Positions 51,369-64,000 of a DNA stretch of 64,000 bases are shown here, in pieces. Below the pieces are notes generated by a model. It saw only the letters and a list, made by a program, of their open reading frames with translations, was not told the DNA's origin and made no database searches. Position 1 is the stretch's first letter. The number at the start of each line of letters is the position of its first letter. This DNA is from the human T2T-CHM13v2.0 reference genome, Homo sapiens, in the NCBI RefSeq assembly GCF_009914755.1, contig NC_060947.1. One strand, given 5' to 3'. The translations under genes and the position numbers were made by a program.

Positions 51369-51657
51369 GACCAGATATAGTGGCTCACACCTATAATCCA
51401 AGCACTCTGAGAGACTAAGGCAAGAGAATTGCTTGAGCCCACGAGTTGGAGAACAGCCTGTGCAACAAAATGGGATCCCATCTCTACAAAAAATCAAACA
51501 TGGGGGGCATGGTGGTCCACACTTATGGTACCAGCTACATGGAAGGTTGAGGCAGGAGGAACACTTGAGCCCAGGAGGTCAAAGCTGCGGTGAGCCGTGT
51601 GTGCAACACTGCACTCCAACATGAGTGACAAAATGAGACTCTTTATCAAAAGTAGAA
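51369..51657 (+). mobile_element. AluJ (old, diverged)
   Basis: GCTTGAGCCC...CTCTACAAAAAAT...GAGCCCAGGAGGTCAAAGCTGC are J-type diagnostics. Confidence 0.88.
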
Positions 51658-51813
51658 ATATTTATGTTAATGTGGCTTTGAAAAAAATAAATTTATAAAT
51701 TTGAAGTCAAAATATTTATATTTTAAAACAATAAGGTCTAAAAACCTATCAAATTGAAATATGGTAGGATCAAACCTTTTATATCTCCACCTCTGTGTTC
51801 CAATAATGCACTT

Positions 51814-54800
51814 AAAACTTTTTTTTCAATTTTCTATTTCCATAGGTTTTGAGGAACAAGTGGTGTTTTGTTACATGAATAAGTTCTTTAGTGGTGATTT
51901 GTGAGATTTTAGTGCACCCCTCACCCAAGCAGTATACACTGTACCCAACTGATAGTTTTTAATCCCTCACCCCCCTCCCACCCTTTCCATTGGGTCCCCA
52001 AAGTCCATTGTATCATTCTTATGCCTTTGTATCCTCATAGCTTAGCTCCCACTTATGATTGAGAACAATGTTTGGTTTTCCATTCTTGAGTTACTTCACT
52101 TAGAATAATGGCCTCCAATTCCCGCCAGGTCACTGCAAATGCCATTATTTTGTTCCTTTTTATGATGGAGTGGGATTCCATGGTATATACATACCACAGT
52201 TTCTTTCTTTATTTATCTACTCATTGATTGACAGGCATTTGGGCTGGTTCCACATTTTTGCAATTGTGAATTGTGTTACTATAAACACATGTGTGCAAGT
52301 ATTTTTTTCGAATAATGACGTTTTTTCCTCTGGGTAGATATACAGTAGTAGGGTTGCTGGATCAAATGGTAGTTCTACTTTTAGTTCTTTAAGGAATCTC
52401 CACAATGTTTTCTGTAGCGGTTGTAATAGTTTACATTCCCACCAGCAGTGTAGAAGTGTTCCCTTTACACCAAATCCCTGCCAATATCTTTTTTTAAAAA
52501 AATTTTTGGTTATGGCCATTCTTGCAGGAGTAAGGTGGTATCGTACTCTGGTTTTGATTTGCATTTTCCTGATCATTATTGATATTAAGCATTTTTTCAT
52601 GTTCATTGGACATTTGTATACTTCTTTTGAAAATTGCTTATTCATGTCCTTAGCCCTCCTTTTGATGGGATTGTTTTTTTCTTGCTAATTTGTTTGAGCT
52701 CCTTGCAGATTCTGGACATTAGTCTTTTGTCGTATGTACAGACTGGGAAGATTTTCTCCCACTCTGTGGGGTTGTCTTATTTACTCGGCTGATTGTTTAT
52801 TTTGCTGTGCAGAATATTTTTAGTTTAATTAAGTCTCATCTATTTATTTTTGTTTTTGTTGAATTTTATTTTGGGTTCTTGGTCATAAAGTCTTTGCCTA
52901 AACCAATGTTTAGAAGGGTTTTTCTGATGTTATCTTCTAGAGCTTTTATAGTTTCAGGTCTTAGATTGAAGTCCTTGATGCATCTTGAGTTGAGTTTTGT
53001 ATAAGGTGATAATGAGGATCCGATTTCATTCTTCTACATGTGGCCTACCATTTATCCTAGCACAATTTGTTGAATAAGGTGTCCTTTCTCCACTTTATGT
53101 TTTTGTTTGCTTTGTCAAACATCAGTTGGCTGTAAGTATTTGGCTTTATTTGTAGGTTCTCTATTATATTCTATTGATCTATGTGCCTATTTTTACACCA
53201 GTACCATGCTGTTTGGTGAGCTATATTTATAGTATAAGTTTTAAGTATAAGTAAAGTATAAGCTATACTTACAGTATAGTTAGAGGTTGGGTAATGTCAT
53301 GCCTCCAGATTTGTGCTTTTTGCTTAGTCCTGCTTTGGCTATGCAGTCTCTCTTTTGGTTCCACATGAATTTTAAGATTGTTTTTTCTAGTTGTGTGAAA
53401 AGTGATGGTAGTATTTTGATGGAAATTGCATTGAATTTGTAGATTGCTTTTGGCAGTATGTTCATTTTTACAATATTAATTCTACCCATCCATGAGCATG
53501 GTAATTGTTTCCATTTCCTTGTGTCATTCATGATTTCTTTCAGCAGTATTTTGTAGTTTCCTTTACAAAGGTCTTTCACCTCCTTGGTTGGTTATATTCC
53601 TAGGAATTTTTTTTATTTTGACTTTTTGCAGCTATTGTGAAAGGGGTTGAGTTCTTGATTTGATTCTCAGCTTGGTCGTTGTTGATGTATAGCAGAGCTA
53701 CTGATTTGTGTACATTAATTTTGTATCCTGAAACTTTGCTGAATTTATTCACCAGTTCTCAGAGCTTTTTAAATGAGTCTTTAGGGTTTTCTAGGTATAC
53801 AATAATATCATCAGCAAATGGTGACTATTTGAATTCCTCTTCACTGATTTGGGTGTCCTTTATTTCTTCTTCTTGTCTGATTGCTTTGGCTAGAACTTCC
53901 AGTACTACATTGAATAGAAGTGGTGAGAATGGGCTTTCTTGTCTTATTCCAGTTCTCAGGGGGAATGCTTTTAACTTTCTCCTGTTTAGTATTATGTTGG
54001 CTGTGGGTTTGTCATAGATGGCTTTTATTACATTTAGGTATGTTCCATCTATGTTGACTTTGGTGAGGGTTTTAATTCTAAAGGGATGTTTGATTTTGTC
54101 AAATGCTTTTTCTACATCTATTGAGATGATCATGTGATTTTTGTTTTTAATTTTGTTTATGTGGTGTATCACATCAACTGACTTGCGTATGTTAAACCAT
54201 CCCTGTTATGAAACCCACTTGATCATGGTGGATTATCTTTCTGATATGCTGATAGATTCAGTTAGCTAGTATTTTGTTAAGAATTTTTGCATCTGTATTC
54301 ATCAGGACTATTGGAGTGTAGTTTTCTTTTTCTCTTCTTGTTTTTTTTTTGTTTTTTTTTTTTTTTTTTTTGGTTATATACTTTCCTGGTTTTGGTATCC
54401 AGGTGATACTGGCTTCATAGAATGATTTAGGGAGGATTCCCTCTTTCTGTACCTTGTGGAATATTGTCAATAGAATTGGTACAAATTCTTCTTTGTATGT
54501 CTGATAGAATTTAGCTGTTAATCCATCTGGTCCTGGACTTTTTTGTTGGAAATTTTTAAATTACCATTTCAATCTTGCTGCTTGTTATCGGTTTGTTCAG
54601 AGATTCTACATCTTCCTTATTTAATCTATGAGGGTTGTATGTTTCCAGGAATTTATCCATCTCCTCTAGGTTTTCTAGTTTATGTACATGAAGGTGTTCA
54701 TAGTAACCTTCAATAATCTTATGTATTTCTGTGGTATTAGTAATAATATCTCCTGTTTCATTTCTAACTGAAGTTATTTGGATCTTCTCTCTTTCCTTGA

Positions 54801-57800
54801 TTAATCTTGCTAATGGTCTATCAATTTTATTTATCTTTTCAAAGAATCAACTTTTTGTTCCCTTTATCTTTTATATTTTCTTTGCTTCAATTTATTTATT
54901 TCTATTCTGATCTTTGTTATTTCTTTTCTTCTGCTGGTTTGAGTTTGGTTTGTTCTTGTTTCTTCAGTTTCACGAGGTATGACCTCAGATCTATTTGTGA
55001 TTTTGCACACTTTTTGATGTAGGCATTTGATGCTCTAAACTTTTCCCTTAGCATTGCTTTTGCTGCATCCCAGAGGTTTTGATAGGTTGTGTCACTACTA
55101 TCATTCAGTTAAAAAAGTTTTTAAATGTACATCTTGATTTCACTGTTGACCCAAAGAACATTCTGGTGCAGGTTATTTAATTTCCAGGTATTTGCTTGGT
55201 TTTGATGATTCTTTTTGGAATTGATTTCCAATTTTATTGCACTGTGGTCTGAGAGAATACTTGATATAATTTTTGTTTATTTATTTTTAATTTGCTGAAA
55301 CTTGTTTTGTGGACTATCATATGGTCTATTGAATGTATCATGTGCTGATGAATAAAGTGTATATTCTGCAGTTTTGGGTAGAATGTTTCATACACATCTG
55401 TTAAGTCTATTTGTTCTACAGTATAATTTCAGTTCACTGTTCCTTTGTTGACTTTCTGTCTTGATGACCTGTCTGGTGCTGTCAGTGAAGTACTGAAGTC
55501 TCCTACTATTACTGTGTATCTGTCTATCTCATTTCTTAGGTCTAATAGTAATTGTTTTATAAATTTTGGACTTCCAGTGTTAGGTGCATACATATTTAGA
55601 ATTGTGATATTTTCTTGTTGGACTAGTCCTTTTATCATTATATAATGTCTCTCTTTGTCTTTCTTAACTGCTGCCTGTTTTAAAGTTTGTTTTGTCTGAT
55701 ATAATAATTGCTACTTCTGCTTGCTTTTGGTGTCCATTTGCATGGAATATCATTTTCCACCTCTTTACTTTAAGTTTATGTGAGTTGTTATGTATTAGGT
55801 GAGTCTCTTGAAGACAGAAGATACTTGGTTGGTGAATTCTTATCCATTCTGTTATTGTGTATCTTTTAAGTGGAGCATTTAGGCCATTTAAATTCAACAT
55901 TAATATTGAAATGTAAAGTACCATTCTCTTTGTCATGCTATTTGTTGCCTGAATACCTTGCTGCTTTTTTATTTCCTTATTGTCTTTCTGTTTTATTGGT
56001 CCTGTGATATTTATGTTTTAAAGAGATTCTATTTTTGTGTATTTTGAGAATTTGTTTCAAGATTTAGAGATCCTTTTAGCAGTTCTCGTAGTGCTGGTTT
56101 CATAGCAGTGAATTCTCTCAGCATTTGTTTGTCTAAAAAAGACTGTGTCTTGCCTTCATTTATGAAGCTTAGTTTCAATGGATGCAAAATTCTTGGCTGA
56201 TAATTGTTTTGTTTAAGGAGGCTGAAGATAGCGCCCCAATCTCTTCTAGCTTGTAGGGTTTCTGCTGATAAATCTGCTGCTAATCTGATAAGTTTCTTTT
56301 GTAAGTTACCTGGTGGTTTTGCCTCACAGCTCTTAAGATTCTTTTCTTCATCTTGAATTTATACAATCTGATTACTCTGTCCCTAGGTGATGATGTATTT
56401 GAGATAAATTTTCCAGGTGTTATTTGAGTTTCTTGTATTTGGATGTCTAGATCTCTAGCAAGGCCAGGGAAGTTTTCCTCAATTATTCCCTCAAATATGT
56501 TTTCCAAACTTTTAGATTTCTCTTCTTCCTCAGAACACTGGTTATTCTTAGGTTTGGTTGTTTAACATAGTCCCAAACTTCTTGGAGGCTTTGTTTATTT
56601 TTTAAACTCTTTTTTTCTTTGTCTTTGTTGGATTGGGTGATATTGGAAACCTTGTCTTTGAGCTCTGAAGTTCCTTCTTCTGCTTATTCAATTCTATTGC
56701 TGAGACTTTCTAGTGCATTTTGTATTTCTCTAAGTGTGTTCCTTATTTCTAGTAGTTGTGATTGTTTTTTTATTTACGCTATCTATTCTACTGAAGATTT
56801 TTCCCTTTGTATCTTGTATCTTTTTTTTTTATTTCATCAAGTTGGGCTTCACCCTTCTCTTATGCCTCCTTGATTAGCTTACTAATTGACCTTCTGAAAT
56901 CTTTTTCTGGCAATTCAGGGATTTCTTCTTGATTTCAGTCCATTGCTGGAGAGTTAGTGTGATCTTTTGGGGCTGTTAAAAAACTTTTTTTGGTCATATT
57001 ACCAGAATTCTTTTTCTGATTCTTTTTCATTTGGGTATAGACTATGTCACAGGGAAGATCTGGGACTCAAGGGCTGCTGTTCAGATTTTTTTTTCCCCTG
57101 GGGTGCTTCCTTGATGTAGTGATTTCACTCTTTTCCTTGGGATGTGGTTTCCTGAGAGCTTAACTGTAGTGATTGTTATTTCTTTTCTGGATCTAGCCAC
57201 CCAGTGGAGCTACCAAGTTTCAGGCTTGTACTAGGGGGTGTCTACACAGTATCCTGTGATGTGAACTGTCTTCAGGTTTCTCAGCCACGAATAGCAGCAC
57301 CTGTTCTGATGGAGGTGGTAGGGGAGTGAAATTGACTCTCTGAGGGTCCTTAGTTGTAGTTTTGTTTATTGCACTAGTTTTGTGCTGGTTGGCATCCTTC
57401 CAGGATATTGTGCTTTCAAAAGAGCATCAGCTGTGGTAGCATAGGGATAATCAGGCTATGGGTGAGGTCCTAGAGCTCCCAGGAGAATATGTTCTTTGCC
57501 TTTGGCTACCAGGGTTGGTAAAGAAAGACCATCAGGTAGGGGCAGGGTTAGGCATATGTAAGCCCAGACTCTCTTTGGGCAGTGCTTGTTGCAGCTGCTT
57601 TGGGGGATAAGGGTGTGGTTCTCAGGCCAATGGATTTATGTACCCAGGGGGACTATAGCTGCCTCATTGTGTCATGCAGGTCACCAGGAAAATAGGGGAA
57701 AGTTAGCAGTTACAGCCCTCACCCAGCTGTCACGCAGACAAAAAGACTGGTCTCACTCCTATTTTGCCTGCTCCAACAGCTCTAAGTTTGTTTCCAGGCA

Positions 57801-58404
57801 GTGGGTGAGCAGAACTGAAAACTTGCCCCAGGCTACCAGCCTCCAAGCTGTGAAAGCAAGCAGGGCTTGGCTTCTGTGCTATGTCTGCATACCAGACTGA
57901 GTTTTGTCCAGGATACTATGTTTGGTCAAAATTGTTACAAAGTTCAATTGGAAGTTTTCTTTCTGTGTGGTCTTTTTCCAGTTCCTCCGGCAGCCCTCCT
58001 ATAGGACTTCTGCAAGACAAAGTCAGAAATGGCATCCCTGGGGACTGAGAGAGCCCACATGTCTCTTCTCACTGATTCTTCTACCCCTGTATTTCACTGA
58101 GTTCTCCTAAATTGTCTCAGCTCCAAATAAGGCCAAATCTGGACCTTCAGGCTCCCCCGTGAGGGTGTGTGTTCATGCGCACATGATACTCCTTTCACAC
58201 TTTTATACTTTGGGCACTCACTGTCTCTAAGGCCCTGCAGGAGCAATCTGCTTCCGTCAAAGGATCCGTGGATTCTCTCGGCTTTCCTTGTATGTTCCTG
58301 TGGTATTTATGGGAGAAAAAGTTCATGATGTGAGTCTCCACAGGCTGCTCTGTCCATCTGAGTGGGAGCTGCAATGTAGTCCTGCCTTCTATCTGCCATT
58401 TTCC
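51814..58404 (-). mobile_element. Near full-length L1PB (L1PB1-like)
   Basis: Minus-strand ORF2 pieces (53825-54172 RT; 55429-55936 EN), ORF1 piece 56280-56507 and an L1PBa 5' end. 14-bp TSD CCAATAATG(C/T)ACTT at 51800-51813 and 58405-58418. Confidence 0.93.
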
Positions 58405-58439
58405 CCAATAATGTACTTTACTGCTCCATGTTAGAGTTT

Positions 58440-58602
58440 TTTATATGATACTATAATTGCTTGTTTATCTTCATATTACACTAAAATATAAGCTTTTCAA
58501 AGGGAGAAACATTGTCATCTTTTTCTCTCACTATATCCTCAGTATTCTAGCAAAGTACCTAGCACATAACAATCACTATGTAAATATTTTCTAAATGAAT
58601 TA
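58440..58602 (+). mobile_element. L2 3' end
   Basis: AAGCTTTTCAAAGGGAG...TATCCTCAG...CTAGCAAAGTACCTAGCACATA...AAATATTTTCTAAATGAAT. Confidence 0.7.
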
Positions 58603-58950
58603 CATAATAATTAAAGGAAAGTTAATTGAATATTTGGAGAAAGACAAAAAAGTCAAGAGAGCTCAAGTGTAATGTGTATAAGTGCATTGGAATAAAGAGG
58701 TCATGAGTGGGAAGAAGTGTACTGGGGAACAAGATTCAAAAGGGAGTTGGTAAGATGCAGTGGGGCTTGACTATCTTTCTTAGGAATTTGAAATTAATTT
58801 TACATGCATAAAGAAACTTCTGAATTTTGTTTTATTTCTTAAGAAGAGAGAAATTTCCCACCACATGAATCTGAAAAAAAAAAAAAGAAAAAGGAAAAAA
58901 AGGAGGAAATGAGAAAAACACGTTCAAAGTGATTATAGTAGTGTGTTAAG

Positions 58951-60932
58951 TGTGTTAGGCCATTTTTGAATCACTATAAAAATACCTGCGGCTGGGTAAT
59001 TTATTTTTTAAAAAGAGGTTTAACTGACTCAAAGTTCTGCAGACAGTACAAGAAGCATGGTGCTGGCATCAGCTACTGGTGGAGACCTCAATAAGCTTCT
59101 AATTATGGCAGAAAGTGAAGGGGTAGCAAGCATCTCACATGTGAGAGAGGGAAAAAGAGAGAAAGGGGGTGGTGCCACACACTTTTGAATAACCAGATCT
59201 AGTGAAAACTCACTATTGTGAGAGCAGCACCTCACTATACATGTGTGATCCACTCCCATGATCCAAACACCTCCCACCAGGCCCTACCTCCAACACTGTG
59301 GATTACATTTCAACATGAAATTTGGAGGGCACAAATATCCAAAGCATATCATACTGACCCTGGTCCCCCAAATCTCATGTTCTTCACATTTTGCAAAATA
59401 CAATCACTTCTTCTCAATAGTCCTCCAATGTCCTAACTTGTTTCAGCCCAAACTCAAAACTCCCAAAGTCAAAACTCTCATCTGAGATCCAAGTTCCTTC
59501 TACCTATTACCATGTAAGATCAAAAATAATTATTTACAAGATACAATGGTGGTACAGGCATTAGGTAAGCATTCTTATTCTGAAAGGGAGAAATTGGCCT
59601 CGCAAAAATCTGAAACCCAGCAGGGGAGGCATTAAATCTTAAAGCTCCGAAATAATCTCCTTTGACTCCATGTCCTGCATCCAAGGCACATTGGTGCAAA
59701 TGGTGGACTCCCAAGACCATGGGAAGTTCTGCCTCTGTAGCTTTGCAGGATGCAGCACATGTAACTGCTCTAATAGGTTGGTGTTCAGTGCCTGTGGCTT
59801 TTCTGGGCTCAAGATGCAAGCTGCCAGTGAACCTACCATTCCCAGGACTGGAAGGTGGTGGCCCCATTTCCACAGCTCCACTAAGCAGTGCCCACTGTGG
59901 ACTCTGTGTGGGGAATTCAACCCCATATTTTCCTTGCCCCTGCCCTAGGACAGGCTCCCTGTAGGGTTTTTACTCCTGCAGCCGGCTTCTGCCTGGGCAC
60001 CCAAACTTCTATACATCCTCTGAAATCTAGGTGGAGGTTTCCAAGCCTCCTTTACTCTTGCATTTTGTGTCCATGTAGGCTTAACACCACATAGAAGCCA
60101 CCAAAGCTTATGGCTTGTAACCTCTGGGATGGCAGCCTGAGTTGTATCCGGAGCACTTTGAGCTGAGGCTAGAGCCAGAGCAACCAGGATATGGGAAGTA
60201 GTGTCTTGAGGCTGCATAAGGCAGTGGGAACCCAGGCCTGGCCCTTGAAACCATTCTTTCCTCTTAGCCTCTGGGTCTGTGATGGGAGAGGCTGCCTTGA
60301 AAATCTCGGAAATGCCTTTTAGGCCTTTTTTCCCATTATCTTGGATGTTAGCACTAGGACTCTCATTGTGCTAATTTTTCTAGCCAGTGGTTGCTCCACA
60401 GTCTGCTTGAATTCTTCCTTTGAAAATGGGCTTTTCTTTTCTAACACACGGCTAGGCTACAAATTTTCCAAACGTGTGCTCTGCTTTTGTTTTAAATATA
60501 AGTTCCAGCTTTAGGTGATTTCTTTGCTCCAACATCTGAGCATAGGTTGTTAGAAGCAGACAGGCCGCATCTTGAATGCTTTGCTACTTAGATATTTTTT
60601 TCTGCCAGATACCCCCAAGTCATCATTTTGAAGCTCAAACTTCCACAGATTGCTAGAGTATAAACACAATACAGTCAAGTTTTTTGCTAAGGCATAGCAA
60701 GGGTGACCTTTGCTTCAGTTCCCAGTATATTTTCATTTTCATCTGAGACCTCATCAACCTGTACTTCACTATCCATATTACTATCAGAATTTTTTTCAAG
60801 ATCATTTATCTAATCTCTAAAGAATTCCAAACTTTCCCTCATGTTCCTGTCTTCTGAGCCCTCCAAATTCTTCCAACCTTTGCCTGTTACCAACTTCCAA
60901 AGTTGCTTCCATATTTTCAGGTATCTTTATAG
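58951..60932 (-). mobile_element. MSTB-like provirus: 3' LTR (58951-59351) plus internal region, 5' LTR absent
   Basis: TGTGTTAGGCC...ACAAATATCCAAAGCATATCA is the antisense LTR. The MST internal region runs to GCTTCCATATTTTCAGGTATCTTTATAG. Confidence 0.87.
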
Positions 60933-61682
60933 AAACAGAACAGTTTGGAGGTTCCTCAGAAAAGTAAAAATTGAGCTGCCAAATGATCCAGTAATCCCAC
61001 TGCTGGGTGTATACCCAAAAGAAAAAACATCAGTATATTTAAGAGAAATCTGCACTCCTACGTTTGTTGCAGCACTGTTTACAATAGCCAAGATTTGGAA
61101 GCCACCTAAGTGTCCATCAAAAGATAATGGATAAAGAAGAGGTGATACATATACACAATGGAGTACTATTCAACCATACAAAGAATGAGATTTTATCATT
61201 TGCAACAATATATATGGAACTGAAGTTCATTAAGTAAAATACACCAGGCACAGAAAGACAGATATCACATGTCCTCACTTTTTTTCTCGGATCTAAAAAT
61301 CAAACAATTGAACTCATGGACATAGAAAGCAGAAGGATGGTTACCAGAGGCTGGGAAGGGTAGTGTGTGGGTGGGTGGGTTGGGGAGGTGCGGATAGTTA
61401 ATGAGTACAAAAAAATAGAAAGAATGAATAAGACCTACTCTTTGGTAGCACAACAGGGTGACTATAGTCAATAACAACTTCATTATATATTTTAAAATAA
61501 CTTAAAGAGTTTAACTGGATTGTTTATAACTCAAAGGATAAGTGCTTGAGGGTATGGATTCTTCATTCTTCATTATGCGCTTATTTTACATTGCATACCT
61601 GTATTAAAATATCTCACATACCCATAAATACATACACCTACTATATACCCACAAAAATTAAAAATTAAAAACATTTAAAAAT
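60933..61682 (+). mobile_element. L1MA2-like 3' fragment
   Basis: GAACAGTTTGGAGGTTCCTCA...GCACAACAGGGTGACTATAGTCAATAA...CACCTACTATATACCCACAAAAATTAAAAATTAAAA. Confidence 0.83.
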
Positions 61683-62189
61683 CTGTAATAATAACAGTCT
61701 TCTCACTGAATTAATAGCCCCCAAGGTGGATAGAAATATCACCAACTAGAGAGATTTGGGGGACATTGACTTGAAATAAGCTCCTTTATGTGACTGTGAG
61801 CTAGGGATGTCAATCTCCTTCAATGTCTCTAAGAAAAAAGCCTGCTAAAATATTGTTAACACTTGGTGTCCGATGCATCTAATGCTCTGAATATCATCCT
61901 TAGACAGTTGTAATAGACTTCATTGTTTAATTTAATCAGTTATTTTAACATTGATTACCTAATGTTTTCCAAATGAAATAGGCTTACTTTGTTTGGCACT
62001 CACACTTCATTTCTGTCATTTTAAAAATAATAAATTCTGTTTTAATAAATCTTGTATGTGATTCGCATCAGTTACTGGGCTAAATACTCTATATTATTTT
62101 GCAGACATGAATTTAGTAGAATTTTAGTAATGTGTTATGTATTTCAATAATAAAACACAGAAATATCTTTCAGCTAAAACTATAGATTA

Positions 62190-62400
62190 AGTTGTTTCAC
62201 CTGGGAAATTTCCATTCAGCTCACAAAACTCTATTCAAACATAAGTGCTATCAAACCTTCTCTGAGCACTTTCTTAGAAATACTTGACCCAGGGTACCCA
62301 CAATCCCCTGGAGATACTCTGCCCAATATTATTTAATTTATTTTAATTATTTGCTTACATATTTATCTTTTCAACTGACACTAAGCTTCTTAAAAGAAAG
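62190..62400 (+). mobile_element. L2 relic (target of the L1PA insertion)
   Basis: TTGCTTACATATTTATCT...ACTAAGCTTCTTAAAAG resembles L2 3' sequence. Confidence 0.45.
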
Positions 62401-62406
62401 ATTCAC

Positions 62407-64000
<1,594 letters not shown>

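Overview
This is primate, human-like genomic DNA: AT-rich and dominated by retrotransposons. I found no credible host protein-coding gene, RNA gene or CRISPR array. The long ORFs in the track are decayed L1 ORF1/ORF2 pieces, MaLR internal sequence or low-complexity artefacts. Summing the annotated intervals by hand, about 30 kb (~47%) is LINE-1. It includes three near full-length L1PB elements with visible target-site duplications (TSDs), two of them nested inside older L1s, an old L1PA15/16-like element with a tandem-monomer 5'UTR, an L1MA2-like 3' fragment and a 5'-truncated L1PA4-like copy. Also present are a complete THE1A provirus, a three-level MLT2>MST>THE1B nest, a one-LTR MSTB provirus, an HERV-H LTR7B-type solo LTR, only three Alus, MIR/L2 relics and DNA-transposon MITEs. 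The most notable observations are the THE1A LTRs with DUX4-type motifs and a TSD-created splice donor, a candidate 99-nt exon, an unexplained 50-bp dispersed direct repeat, several perfect hairpins and templated-insertion scars, and 5'UTR structural variants among the L1PB copies. I see no evidence of a new gene system. Subfamily names come from recalled consensus sequences and should be confirmed with RepeatMasker/Dfam.
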